A stretch of 63,642 bases of DNA, the filler included, from Atractiella rhizophila (Eukaryota), in the NCBI GenBank assembly GCA_021432655.1. It is 22 parts of 22 records of this genome, joined end to end, with 100 filler letters (N's around TTAATTAATTAA, not from the genome) between each part and the next. Parts side by side here need not be neighbours in the genome. Positions count along the whole stretch, not along the records: positions 1 to 2,882 come from MU272608.1; positions 2,983 to 5,853 come from MU272609.1; positions 5,954 to 8,812 come from MU272610.1; positions 8,913 to 11,768 come from MU272611.1; positions 11,869 to 14,723 come from MU272612.1; 17 more parts are not named here. The stretch is one strand, 5' to 3'. Both the position numbers and the translations under genes were made by a program. How positions within the stretch are numbered: position 1 is the first letter of the stretch; every line of letters starts with the position of its first letter. The notes under the pieces were generated by a model. It saw only the letters and a list, made by a program, of their open reading frames with translations, ran no database searches and had not been told where the DNA came from. Positions 1-12,306 of this stretch are shown here, in pieces.

Positions 1-2837
1 CCCCAGCGAGTGTCCCAGCCCATTGATAGCCAATGCCATTGTCTATCGAAAAAGTCAGAGACGAGACCACACGACGCACAGAAGATTGTGCTTACAGAGT
101 TGCGTGGTGAACAAGGGAAAGATGAAACCTGCCATGTTCCTCGTCCCTACAGAGAGATGAGTACTGTCCGCTCAAGGATTTCTCATGCAAGGAGACACGC
201 ACAGGACTGGGCTGCCATTGCGGACGACGCGTACACGAGATAGCAATCACTAGTCCAATGTTAAGCTTCCTCCAAGAGCGCTCACAGAGTTCTAGACTTG
301 CCTTAGGTAGTTGAAAGTGGCGAGATAAATCATATAAACCCCTGTGATGAGAATTGTCACGCCGATGAGAGGTGGCCACCAAGGGCCATTTCCCTATGGA
401 GCCGATCATTAGCACTGTGAGGTTCAAGGGCTGAAAAGATACCTGAGCCCAAGCGAAGATGAAGCAACCGATAGGGAAGAGGAATCCACCGATTATGGAA
501 GAATACAATCTCGCTTCCGGGCCTCTCTCCTTTACATTCTTTTGATACATTTGCTCTTGCCACGGATTGCTTAGGCCCCCGAAAACACCTCCAAGACTGT
601 TAAGTCTCTTAGTTATTGCCATCTCTAAACAAGCGTATAAACTTACGTTATAGCGAAGAACGCCAATCCAGTCTGTCCGTTATCGAATCCATACACATTC
701 TTGCAAACCAAAGGAATCGCTTCAAGGAGTAGGTATAGAACCCCCCACGCAAATCCCACCCAAAGAGAAAACGACAGAACTACTGGCTCAGTCGCCATGA
801 GATCTGTTGCCCACACTCGACATCAAACTCGGATAATGCTCAGGGGGAAGAAGAACGCACAGAGTGGCCGCGACAAACTAACACGGATCAATATCGCAAG
901 GCTCGCTCGCTCTTCGTCAGCTTTCACTTTGTATCTCTCATCTCCAGTGATGGAGCGGAGATGCTGGGCGATGCGGGACAAGATGACGGAACCTCGTGTC
1001 TCCCTGAGAATGAGTAGCATCAGGAGCCACGTCACGCTGGCAAGTATGAGCTATGGCCACTGCTAAGTTCTGCTTTCGCTAACAGGAAGCATTGACGTTA
1101 CCTGAATCCAATTCGACCACCTCCAGCCGATGTCTTGTTCTACATAGCCGAACCATACCTAATCATGATTAACACCTACAGGACTCACATAAGAGAGACG
1201 CTTACAGCTCCCAAACCAGTCCCAGCGAAAGTACATATACTGAAGATGCTCATTGGCACACCCCTCTGCGAACTTTCAAACATATCGGCCACGGTTCCTC
1301 CCACCATCGTACTCCCAGTGCTCGCAGCTGCCCCAGAAAGAAACCTAACGACACATATGGCCGCTATGCTTCTCGTGAGAGCTTGAGGGATGAAGAATGC
1401 AGCGTAGAGCAAAGTTGTAACGATGTACAGAGGATTCCGCCCGTACGCCTCTGAAAATGGGGCCAGTACGAGAGGTGCCACCCCGAAGCCAAGTGGGTAA
1501 CTAACACAGGATCGTGTCAGCGGAATACAAAGCATGAGCGGAAAAGCGACTTGCAGCCCCAGTGCCAAATTGTTAATTTCACTCTTTGACCCTAGGTCAG
1601 CAGTCATCCCAGGGATACAGATAGCGAAGGCTGAAGCGGTGGAAGCTCTGTTTCCCCGTACACGAATATCAGTTAGTGGGTCATGACATAACAACGAGGG
1701 AAATGTAGGGAGAGGGGAAAACGAACACCAGCAAGCAATACCAGCAGCACAGGATCGTTATCGTCCACTTCTTCCGACTCGTCCAATTGAAAGGGTTCCG
1801 CTTTGAACCTGGCACGAACTCGACCTGTGTATCAGGTCAGTGAGCGGGAATCTGAATGGTCGCAAGTTCATCATCGATCGTCTGTGTTCACATTCCAGTA
1901 CTGTACAACAAGAGGAAATGTCCTCGTCCAACTCGAATCGGGAACAACGGGACTGCACGCATTCCATTGATAATGAGGGAAAGCGGAAAACCTTAACATC
2001 AAAGTCGATGAGGCGTTGAATCCAAGGGAGCCGTAAGACCATTTTACCTCACGCATCGTGCGATGGGTTGTTACTCGACTGTCCCAACTTCAAGTTGTGC
2101 AGAAAATGTCAAGGATCTTCGTCATAGAAACTAAATTTAGGGACAGGTGCAGGTTGATTGTCATGCTTCCAGCAATGACAAGTGAGTAGTGTAACTCGTA
2201 GTTGAAAGAGTTGGAAAGACATGAAATAACGATGTTTGGTCGTACGGTACGCAGATCGCGTCCCCCTCCATTGAGTTGCGACTAAACAAAACAATATGGA
2301 TAGGGGTGAACTAATGCGCACTGCTAGATGTCAAGGTGGATGAGGAACCTAATCATTGGACCCCAAACAGCACTAGCCAGTTAAGACTAGAAGCGAAAAG
2401 GACAGGAATCTTGTGGTCCTGCTCGTGCTCCATCCAGCTAGTATCGATTGAAACGAAATCAAGTTAGGTCGCTGAAAGTGAGAAAGTGGGAGAGGCTGCA
2501 ACAACAAACTGGCAAACCAGTCTGGTTTTTATTGGAAGCATTGTGAAAACGAATGCACTAGATGCATACTACATTTCTAGATGATAGGAACAAGCAAGAA
2601 ACTCACCCAAAGCACTTCCTCTCCTTCCCTTCGTTGTAATACCGATCTAACTCCCTCGTCCCTCTCCACCGGTCGTCCAACCCACTCCTCCCCCTCCTTA
2701 TTCTTGTCACCGTCGTTTTCGTGTTCTTCCTCATTCAGAGTATCGGATTCATCCTCCTTCCGCCGTCGCTCCTCCAAGCCTTGGGGTGAAATCCTTCCTG
2801 CTTCGAGCTCTTCATGTAAATTATCGTTTTTCTCCAT
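1..2837 (-). CDS. MFS multidrug transporter (DHA1-type), multi-exon, 3' end truncated by window edge
   Basis: Spliced exons give EVLW|VEFVPGSKRNPFNW..KKW, GFGVAPLVLAPFSEAYGRNP, RFLSGAAASTGSTMVGGTVADMF, LRETRGSVIL, PEARL and GYQWAGTL, typical of fungal DHA1 transporters. GT-AG introns. Confidence 0.9.
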
Positions 2838-2882
2838 TGCTTGAACCTTCCGCCGATGATGGGGAAAAATTGGCGTCAGAAA

Positions 2883-2982
2883 NNNNNNNNNNNNNNNNNN
2901 NNNNNNNNNNNNNNNNNNNNNNNNNNTTAATTAATTAANNNNNNNNNNNNNNNNNNNNNNNNNNNNNNNNNNNNNNNNNNNN
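2883..2982. other. Artificial contig linker N44-TTAATTAATTAA-N44 (first of 21)
   Basis: Identical 100-nt linkers with stops in all six frames start at 2883, 5854, 8813, 11769, 14724, 17671, 20612, 23544, 26432, 29320, 32207, 35087, 37965, 40837, 43707, 46574, 49434, 52292, 55145, 57981 and 60816. Confidence 0.99.
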
Positions 2983-3226
2983 GTGTGGGAGAGGATGGTG
3001 ATCGACTTCCGTGGACGGCGCGCGTGGTGACTCCCGCTTCCTTCGCGCCGGCGGTGAGGATGAGTGTGTGCCTGTGTTTCGTGGGAGGGTGGAGAGGGCT
3101 GGGAGGTGCTCTGAGGCGGGTTCTCGGGTGGAACAATCATTTCGTCGTTCTCCTGGTCATATCTGGAGCGAATTTGCGAGATGCGGCGATATTTTTACAA
3201 CAATACTCGAACTTGAACATTACGTT

Positions 3227-3668
3227 ATGACAGCTGATTCCAAGCAGCAGCAGTATTCTTCTTCCAACATGCAGAACCCCACTGCGAGCAAACAAGAGCT
3301 CAAGCTGATAGCAGTGAAGAAAGAAGTGGCCGAGCTTGAGGCATTCTTAGGGTGAGCGCGCTTCATCCACCCCTTGTTCAAACGAAATAAACAATGTGGT
3401 TTCAAGCAACTTAGATCCTCAATCGATCGTAGACGAGCATATCAAGCTGCTCCATCAATACAACGAGTGTCGAGTGAGCTATATCGCTTTTGACGCGTCC
3501 ACACAGGACCTAACGTTTTGTTGTCTAACCTGTCCAATCATCGTGATGACGCGCGATGCATTGATAAAACAGGACGCGGCGCAGATTCTCGTTGGGAAAT
3601 TGGCGAATTTCGAAAGGTGTAGCGTGAAGGAGATGTACGACAAGCTTGGAGTCGATCCCGACGATTGA
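3227..3668 (+). CDS. SWI5: Swi5/Sae3-family recombination accessory factor, 3 exons
   Basis: Spliced product MTADSK..KEVAELEAFLG-NLDPQSIVDEHIKLLHQYNECR-DAAQILVGKLANFERCSVKEMYDKLGVDPDD*. HIxLLHxYNE..D...L.GKLA is the Swi5 signature. Introns at about 3353-3406 and 3474-3572. Confidence 0.88.
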
Positions 3669-4100
3669 CTGTGGTGCCCCGACATCATGATCATGGATTC
3701 TGATCTCGACGCGTTCATTTTTCTGTCCATCCATATATTATTTCCTTTCTCGATCCCTTTTTTGCCACTTTTAAGGAAAGCAACGCCACTTTTCTCTTCT
3801 ATTACGCGCTTTGCGTCCTATTCGCTTCCCAGCCAAATTCTAATTTATACGCAAATGCTGAACGAGACGCGATGGGGTGATATGAAAGAACCAGCTCCTT
3901 GAACTGGGAACGGGCAGATATCCTTTACGCTCTCGTTGTGTGCAAGATTCATTGTCACCGTCATAGTTGATACTCAGGTTCCCCAAATGTAATCTATTTC
4001 GTGCCAATCAATCTTCGTTATCATGAATGTTGCCATTACAACCCGTTCTATCCCATCCCAAGCCCATGCCAACCCTTTTGTGCAAGCCCAACACCCAACA

Positions 4101-5853
4101 TCAATGGAAGAACCGGAAATCTAGCCTGTGAAAGTAATCATTGGTGTGATGCCGTTACCTCAGTTGCAAACTCACCTCTTGTTTCCTTTATCGGTTGTTG
4201 TAGCGAGATAGTTCTCTTTTTCCTGCTCATAACACGGCATTAGTATTGGCTGTATCCACATGCATGTAGATAACCAAGAAACTCGTACCTCGACAGTCAT
4301 CGCATCCCACCTCCTCGCCTTCCACTTGTTCCTCTGAATATAATACACCTTCGTAATGAGAAATACGAAGATAGAAGCTACGTTGATTCCGAGCAGAATT
4401 TTGTTCCCTCTTCGGTCTATTCTCGACGAGACGTGAAATTCGTCGGCAAAGGTGGACGAAGAAGGAACGAACATAGTGGAGCATCATCTGCGCGATAAAT
4501 TTGTGTCGAAACAATGTTCCCAAGCTGGACCTGCGTACCACAACTGAACGGGAGTTTGTGGATAAAAGAGAACGAGCGCACCGACATATTGTACAAGCTC
4601 GCGCTGATAGTTCTCGTCCTCACAGAATTACTATTCGCCGAATTCCAAGCCACTGCATCACTCCGTTGTCAGTCGTCACGTCCACAATCGTAGGTACTAC
4701 TGACCCAAGATGGGATGACAATAAGGGTATCCAAGCAAGAGCACCAGGACCGCATACTTGCCCCAATGGTTGACGTCGGCGGGCAAGAAGATGAGAGTGA
4801 TGAGGAGGGGGAAGACCCAAAGACTACCCAACATGGCGGTGAAAGCTCTCTCTTTGATCCGTCGCGACACGCGCGCGAGAACTATCATTTGGATCATGAG
4901 CAGGACGTTGGCGGGGATGACGAGCAGGTTGGTCTTGAAGGTGTTGAAGCCGAGCTGACGGAGGGTGAGGGTGAGATAGGAACTGGGAGGGGTCATGGGA
5001 ATGAAGATTAGCAGTCCTAGCTGTGGGTTTACGTGGACTGAGTTGGTTGGTGACATGAAGCAAGATGAAAGACGGACGAGGTAGAGTAACCACATGTCGT
5101 AGTCGGCTAAAGAGTCTCGGAACATTTGCACACTCAGTCCTTGACGATTGTGCATGTCCCTGGAGATCCTTTAGTTGTCGCGTCACAGAAAGACAACAAC
5201 TCACCCTTTGCTGGGATCGTCGCGTAACTGAACGTTGACCGTCAGTTTAGGCGATAGGTGAAGAGAAGAATGCCTACAATGCGATTGACCTAATGTGAAG
5301 TATAATTTATGAGTACAGTGACGATTTACACTGTTGAAGACAACAGACCAGGATGACCTGCCACCAGTCTCAGTTTCTGCGCTGCCAGATGAAGCTGAAT
5401 TACGCACCTCTTCGCGCTCTGAAAACCAACCGTTCTTGCCGCGAAACCAACTCTTTGTTTGAGTTGGCGAAGGAGGAAGATACCAAAAGGACAAGACTCC
5501 AATCAGAGCCGTGATTGATCCTGATTTGAGATCGGATGCGTCATTTTCCAATGCCACCTCGAGCATCGAGCTGTGACGCACCTTCAATGAGGAACAGATA
5601 TCTGTGCGTCTTTTCTTTAGTACTGCGAGACAGCACAGTTCACAACCTTACCTCCAGCCTTCCCACCCTCTATGATCACGCAGGTGCAAGATTCCATACG
5701 CGAGGAATGACCCTTCGACTTATTTAGTTATGCGAAAGAATCAGAGGGGAGATGAACAAACCGATTATATTTGTGCTTGTCAGAGTAGTCCAAAAGAAGC
5801 TTAGGCGGATAGGCAGTTCCTCTCGCTTATACCAGTAGCTCAGGTACAAAATA
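4101..5853 (-). CDS. MFS anion:cation symporter (allantoate permease/Dal5-like), 5' truncated
   Basis: WYKREELPIRLSFFW, LPPSPTQTKSWFRGKNGWFSEREE, LRDDPSKG, MHNRQGL, WNSANSNSVRTRTISASLYNM and C-terminal GNKRLDFRFFH*. Confidence 0.9.
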
Positions 5854-6040
5854 NNNNNNNNNNNNNNNNNNNNNNNNNNNNNNNNNNNNNNNNNNNNTTA
5901 ATTAATTAANNNNNNNNNNNNNNNNNNNNNNNNNNNNNNNNNNNNNNNNNNNNGTTTGTCGTCTATTTACCTTAAATCTTACTATTTTGGTTATCTAAGC
6001 CGATATGTATATAAACCCTCGGCTTCCTTTCTCTGTCGCC

Positions 6041-6244
6041 CATCGTTTCATTTCGAGCTCTCCGCTGGATAGCAGCTCACTGAATTCGTTGGACGACAGG
6101 TATGTAATGGCTCATCGTTTCATTTCGAGCTCTCCGCTGGATAGCAGCTCACTGAATTCGTTGGACGACAGGTATGTAATTGATCATCGTTTCATTTCGA
6201 GCTCTCCGCTGGATAGCAGCTCACTGAATTCGTTGGACGACAGA
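6041..6244 (+). repeat. Tandem direct repeat, 72-bp period, about 2.8 copies
   Basis: An identical core CATCGTTTCATTTCGAGCTCTCCGCTGGATAGCAGCTCACTGAATTCGTTGGACGACAG starts at 6041, 6113 and 6185. The copies are separated by GTATGTAATGGCT and GTATGTAATTGAT. Confidence 0.97.
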
Positions 6245-6561
6245 TTCATAAGAATCTAATAGATAGACATAGGTAAATATGTCGCATTCATGAGCCTCCG
6301 CCATTCCATGAAAGTCAGTTGATCAAAGTGGCGGAAAGTGCTACATTTCGGGCTTCGGGTAGTTACGACTCGTCTCGGCACCTCCGCTGCGCGCGAGTTG
6401 AAAGACCAACGGGAGTGAACGGACGGGGTTGAGAGACTGAAAGAGTCACCAACGCCTTGACGCGTCAATGTCTGGCAGCCGAAGCACTTTGCAGCCACGT
6501 CTGCATTGCTGTCGCGGCTCGAAGGGAGCGTATAAAACGATGCCAGGTTCCCCCTGCTTCC

Positions 6562-7203
6562 ATGTCATCACAGATTCACTACAACCACTACTTTTACCGA
6601 TTCCATCCAAGGTATTTCAGACGACATAGCAGAATGGGAGGCGTCTTTTGGCTTGTTGTTGGTGCGTCATACTTTCTTTCGCAATTGATATGGAACATTG
6701 AACTGATTCTTGTACAGGAGGAGCGTTGGGCTATCACTTTGCGAAAGAGAAGTACGAAACCGCCGAATCTCGCCAGAACGGATGGGGACATGCTCGCTGG
6801 GGCTGCCACAGGAGGAGGCAGGAAGAGTTACCTGTAGCAACCGCTCCTAATAACACGTCGGCACCTGAGGAACCGTCAGCGTTCCCACCTTCCTTCCAAG
6901 CGCAAGCGCACGACTGGGAGCTCTTTCAGCAATGGAAAGCTCAACAAATGCGAGAGAAGCCTTTCTTCTCTGACTCGATGAGGGCTGGAGCACTGGAGAG
7001 TGCTGATAAGGCTTTGGATTCCGTCATGGCTCAGGTCGGTTCGTTGAAGGAGGTAAAGCTTGATCATACTGGATATCTAGGGAGATGCTGATGCGGGGGA
7101 GCAGAAATTGCAACAACATCGAGCCACCATCGAGAAGAGCAACACGCCACCACCTAGTAGCCCTACATTGAGCGAAAAGAACGGAGGCTTCAAACTTGTA
7201 TAA
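6562..7203 (+). CDS. Hypothetical small protein with one Gly-rich hydrophobic segment, 3 exons
   Basis: TATAAAA at 6531 and ATG at 6562. Exons join as ..RHSRMGGVFWLVVG-GALGYHFAKEKYE..VGSLKE-KLQQHRAT..GFKLV* using GTGCGT/GTAAAG donors and CAG acceptors. Confidence 0.6.
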
Positions 7204-7620
7204 CTTCTATTTCCCATTATAGTCAATTGCTGTCCGGCCTTGTATCATGCTCCCTGAAATGTAAAATCGCTCTCTACTTTTCCTCTTTGAATCAGAGCCC
7301 TCAGCTTCCTCTGAATGAGCAAACTACAAACTGCCTATGTCAATCAGAGTGCCAATGCGACAATGCCCCGCAAAGCCACAGTTCAAATTTGTACTCAAAG
7401 TGGGTTGCAACTGGCAGCCTACCGAGTTTACCGAGTCCTCGCTTTTTATACTCAGCTTCAACGACGCGTGAGGAGTTTTGCGTTGACATATGACTGTGAT
7501 TCCCAAATATAACTGCGTCAGCTGGCTTATTGTGACCTGACATTGCCTCGAGGATAAAGGCCTTCAAGCTGCTGCAAGTTACGGTCTCACCAGTTAATCA
7601 CAAGAAACATCTGTCAGTGA

Positions 7621-8811
7621 ATGGAGCATATCCCGGCTGAGGTAGTTGATGAGATTTTGTCCTACGTTGTCGACATCTCTCAGTGGAATACGGAAAAGAG
7701 GGGTAGTGTTAACAAGAAAAGATTCCTATCCTGGTCGATAGTGTTCGTCTTTTCCCCGAAAGAGTGCTTGCTACGCTGATGAAGAAACGGTAGCTGCCAG
7801 AGGTGGAGTGGTCTAGTTCGAAGAAGAGCTTTCCATACCATTACTTTCTCACTTTCCGACAAAAAGAGTGGACGCATCCCTTCGGTTCAGACGCTTCTCT
7901 CTGCTTTGGAGCAGTACACTTGGCTCAGGGAATGCGTGAAATGCTTCACTATCAGGCACGACAAAAACAGCAGACCCTACCTTTCACTACTTCAGGAATG
8001 TCTGCACCTTGTGCCATATCTTCGATCAGTCCAAGCCAAAAGTAACTATTCTGGGGATGACGATATTCTGGAGACTGTTCTCCAACTGCTCTCGTCCAAA
8101 CGTATGAATCTCATCAAGCTCTCTGGTCAAAAAACAATTCACTTGGACTACTTATCGCATATTTTCTCGGATCATCCCGATCTGAAGTCGTTGTCTGTGG
8201 AATCGATGGTCATGGATTTTAGAGATCAGTATGCCATTAAATGGACGTGGGTCAGCAGCCTTTTCCTTGATTGCAGGTCAATCACCCCGTTTGTGCTTTT
8301 CCGGTTCCTGGAGCAGCTTCCATCGCTTGAAGACGTCGAACTCAGGGTTGTATTCAACAACGTTGAATATGATCAGCTGCACGAGACCACAAAGAAAGAC
8401 ATCATCTTTCCGCTGCTTAAGAAAGCACATATTCTCGTTACTCTAGTTGATTGTGACCACAGCCTTAATTTCGTCACGAACAATTTTGTTTCATCTTCTC
8501 CTCAACTTCGAGAGCTTACGATTTGGGGAGCTGGGTACGATTCCGACATATTCGACCTCTTTCCGCCCCAGCTCGAAGCTCTTACCATCATTCTGAACGC
8601 GAGACAACCCGGGAGAATGACAGGGATCAGACCAGAATTTGTCGAGCAATACTTCACACAGGTGCCGACTCGGTTGCCTAACCTCCGAAAATTTATCCTC
8701 AATGTTCGTGGTGACGGTGGTTGGAATGAAGGTCGTGTTGTCATGAAATTAAAAAATTGCCTAGCCGCTTTACAAAGGGATTGGATTAGTGAAATAAACT
8801 ACAGCATGTAG
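7621..8811 (+). CDS. F-box / LRR-like (RNI-like) protein
   Basis: N-terminal MEHIPAEVVDEILSYV...SI-(intron)-CQRWSGLVRRRAFHTI is an F-box pattern. It continues into the 301-aa ORF with LxxLxL repeats (LPSLEDVEL, PQLRELTI, LPNLRKFIL). Confidence 0.75.
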
Positions 8812-9099
8812 CNNNNNNNNNNNNNNNNNNNNNNNNNNNNNNNNNNNNNNNNNNNNTTAATTAATTAANNNNNNNNNNNNNNNNNNNNNNNNNNNNNNNN
8901 NNNNNNNNNNNNATAGGAGATAGGGTGGCAGAAAGTTGAAGATCAGAGCAGGAACTATGACTCAACAGGTGTGGCACCACAATGAGCCAGATTGTTTTCT
9001 TCAGACAATATCATAGTGGAGTTATACAAGGTACATGCCGCCATTTTCTATTCTAACAGACATAGATATGGTACACTAGGCGGCGCTACAATTGCCTCT

Positions 9100-10972
9100 C
9101 TACTGCTGCTGTGGGGCTGACCTCGAGTCAGGTTGTTCATATCTGTTTCGCTGTCAGAGGCCTCAGGAAGCCCAAATTAGGAAAACGCACCCTTCGACTT
9201 TCATATCGTTGAGGCCCAGTTCCTCATTCTGTTGCCAGCTACGATCATAGAACTCGATCTTCATATTCGGGTCGTCATCTGGAGCATAGAGATTTTGGAT
9301 GTAGCTATTGGCTAGAGGGTCATCGAGAACGACGGTAAACTCTCGTTCGACAGCCATAATCTGTCTTAACATCAGGACAAAACAGAGGTTTATCATGTAC
9401 CGACTCACAGATTTCATCTTCTGTAAGAACTCCTCCATTACATCCTTCTGGCCTGGCAGAGACGAATCTCCTTTCACAAAGCTCTTCGTGTCGAGTTCGT
9501 CATAAACCTGGTTTAAAAGACCTTCTAGGGTTGTGAACCGTCCACCAAGTGTTCCTTCGTTGAGATGAAGCTCAATTTCGGGAACGGTGAATGATGCCGT
9601 CTCACTCTGAAAGCGCACAGTCAGCAAGCGGGTTTGAGATGACAACCTGAGGGTGGCAACAGACCTTCAAAATGTCTCTAGAAAGATCATCCGAATCGAC
9701 GACTTTCAGAGTAATCTTACGGCCTTGTGAAGAGATAGCACCGCCAGATTTGATCTCATTGTCCCGATAACCACAATCATCACAAGAAGTGGACATGATG
9801 AAGACGTCCTGATGATTATATTAGAGCTTAAATATCCGTTCCGCCAAATAAGAGGCGCACCTTGAAATGAGCAATGTTAACATTTTGCATAAGAGTCTCG
9901 ATTTGCCTTCCACACGAAGGACAGTTATCCATAAACGTCAAAATTTCGTCCGTGCGCTCTTCATCCGCGACGCGACTGAAAGCTGCCTCTTTCGTTGTTT
10001 CCTCTTTCTGAGCAGCATTCGGATCCTTTGAATCGGCAGGGGCGAGTCCAATGGCGATGTTCTGTTCGTGAGTCCTCCGGTAATCGCGTTTGGACCATTT
10101 GGGATCGCTAAGATCTGTCTCAGCGGCAACGAAAGAGTTGCCACTAGGATCATCAAGTCTGATAGTGAAAGGAATGAATTCGCGTTCTTTCTTCTCTTCT
10201 TCCCCCGACGGGTTTTCGCCTCCAGTGTTCCCCAGCGAGTCATCATAACCCCGCATACCCCGAAGCTTCTCGATCAGCTCTTCCAGTTTTTTATAAACGT
10301 CGGGATCGGTGTGTTGTCGCACAGGTTGATCTCGCGAGAGGTCAAGGATGGTATCATTGATGACGCCTTCTACAGTGGTCATTCGAGCTCGTCCGGGTGG
10401 AATGGTCAACGAAATTTCTGGGATGAGGATGCTGCAATAATGTGATTTAACAACCGTGCGAGAAAGATCTGATGGTCCAGTAACTTTGACAGTGTATGTC
10501 GTGCCTAGTGGTTGAATCTCTGATGCGGGTTGAACTTCGTTGTTGTGATTTCCTGCCGCCACCACAACTCATCAGCAGGCTGTCGAACAACACGAAGACT
10601 AACGCACCACAATGGTTACACCTAAAACTCATAATGACTACCTCTCTAAAGAAAGGTATGACAGTGAGAAGCAATCTTGTGATTCCCTGGCTAATAACAT
10701 TTGCAACCATTAACATGTTCAAGCGGACAACTCACATTGTTGCCACACTCTAAGCACAGGCTCTCGATTTCTTCGACCTAAAGCATCGTCAAAATTCCAT
10801 GCCATTTTAAACTTGAGATCACTAGACGGACCGGATTATCCTGCTGCCTCGTCTCGATATCCTCTGCATTTTCTCTGATTGGAACATCATCTACGATGGC
10901 ATCCGCTTGGTCCGCCGCAGCTCCAATAGGTCTAAAAGTGTCCGTGTCTTGCGTGTTGTGCTTGAAAACCAT
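9100..10972 (-). CDS. ZPR1: ZPR1 zinc-finger protein, complete, multi-exon
   Basis: Two C4 fingers (IESLCLECG...[23 protein letters not shown]...[19 protein letters not shown]), each followed by an A/B domain ([35 protein letters not shown]). Confidence 0.97.
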
Positions 10973-11070
10973 TATCGGGAAGAGTTCAAAGGACGAGGAC
11001 TGTGGCTGTTTTCGAGAGATTTATCAATTATCACTTGACAAGATCACAACTTTTGCCACCTGTCTCGTTA

Positions 11071-11081
11071 TAGGGTTAGGG
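11071..11081. promoter_or_regulatory. Telobox-like motif in a bidirectional promoter
   Basis: TAGGGTTAGGG lies near the middle of the 251-bp gap between the divergent ATGs at 10972 and 11224. Confidence 0.4.
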
Positions 11082-11223
11082 CCGTGAACATCGGTGAGCA
11101 GCAGTTGAGTTGACTTTTGTGTGCAAGTCCAATATTAATCCCAAGTGAGCATTTCTTCAGCCTTCTACTAGAATGCTCTCTTATTGACGGCTACCTATCT
11201 GTGGTAATTTAGCCTCGAAATCC

Positions 11224-11768
11224 ATGGAGTCTGCGCTCTCCTCTTCCACCTCCGTCGAGGCTCTCGAACGCAATCAATCCCCAAAACCAGAGAAAATTCA
11301 TTATCATTACCGCCGGGAAGAGCTCCTGCGATTGTATGAATCCCCTCTGGTCGAAGTTCCGCCAAACATGCCTCCGTTGAAGGAGTGGTATGGGTGAGTG
11401 CCTCAAGCTTGATGGATTCTTCAGCCAAGGTAGAGCTTGGGTTTTGATAGTGAATATGAGCCTCCCGTCATTCCGGTGTACAATAAACCTCAAACGATCG
11501 GTAACTCTTCGTCGTCGAGGCAGGATCAGCGGAATGGTGCTGCACAAGGAGAGGGGTTGATGTCGGCGAAGAGCTATTCGAGGAGGGAGGAAGGATCGTC
11601 CCGGACTATAGACGGCCAAAACAGAAAGGTACCGTTTGTCTTGAGTTGTATGGAAGGAAATTGAGGGGTATCATACAGTCTATCAGCAGTTCTCTAACTG
11701 GTAACGATTCTGACGTCTTCAACCGACCACCTCTGTCCCCCTTCCGTGCACGAACAAATCCTGGCAAA
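11224..11768 (+). CDS. Putative eIF4E-binding protein (4E-T/Eap1-like N-terminus), 3' truncated; first exon absent from ORF track
   Basis: Exon 1 reads MESALSS..KIHYHYRREELLRLYESPLVEVPPNMPPLKEWYG and contains YxxxxLL. GTGAGT donor at about 11394, TAG acceptor at 11450, then in-frame EYEPPVIPVYNKP... Confidence 0.65.
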
Positions 11769-11868
11769 NNNNNNNNNNNNNNNNNNNNNNNNNNNNNNNN
11801 NNNNNNNNNNNNTTAATTAATTAANNNNNNNNNNNNNNNNNNNNNNNNNNNNNNNNNNNNNNNNNNNN

Positions 11869-12306
11869 GAGGAGACCCCATGGTATCATGACGAACACTT
11901 GTGTGAGAGAGAAGAGTGATTCCTCGAAATATCAAATAACAATGACACATGAGAAGAGGGTTATTCGCAAAGGGCAAAGGAGGAACGTACAATCAACCCA
12001 GCCCAGAATCCAACCTTGGCCTCCTCAATCCCTCCCACCTTAACAATCATCTCGCTGATGAAGGGAAAGATGATGAAGAACGTGACGCTCTCGATAAACC
12101 TGCAGGCGGCGAGCAGACCGATCTGAACCTTGGGCAGGGATTTGTCCTCTTCCTCTTCAGAAACAGGGGAAGAGGGACCTATTCCATCGAGGCCCACGCT
12201 TTCTGCGGCGAAGGCAGAGGCGTCACATTATAGGATCTTGGGCATCGACTACTGTGGATGAGGGCGCGCTGGAGCCTGAGAGGAGGGGAGTACGCTCGGT
12301 AGCCAT
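11869..12306 (-). CDS. MFS transporter, N-terminal part
   Basis: MATERTPLL...LPKVQIGLLAACRFIESVTFFIIFPFISEMIVKVGGIEEAKVGFWAGLI followed by a GT donor. Confidence 0.85.

Noticed and set aside
2927..2938. Recurrent palindrome TTAATTAATTAA every ~2.9 kb
   Set aside because: It is a synthetic six-frame stop linker embedded in Ns.
6041..6244. 72-bp repeat as a CRISPR array or tandem hammerhead ribozyme
   Set aside because: The 13-nt spacers are nearly identical to each other, there are no cas genes and the context is eukaryotic. The minus strand has stem-GAAA but neither strand has a CUGANGA core.
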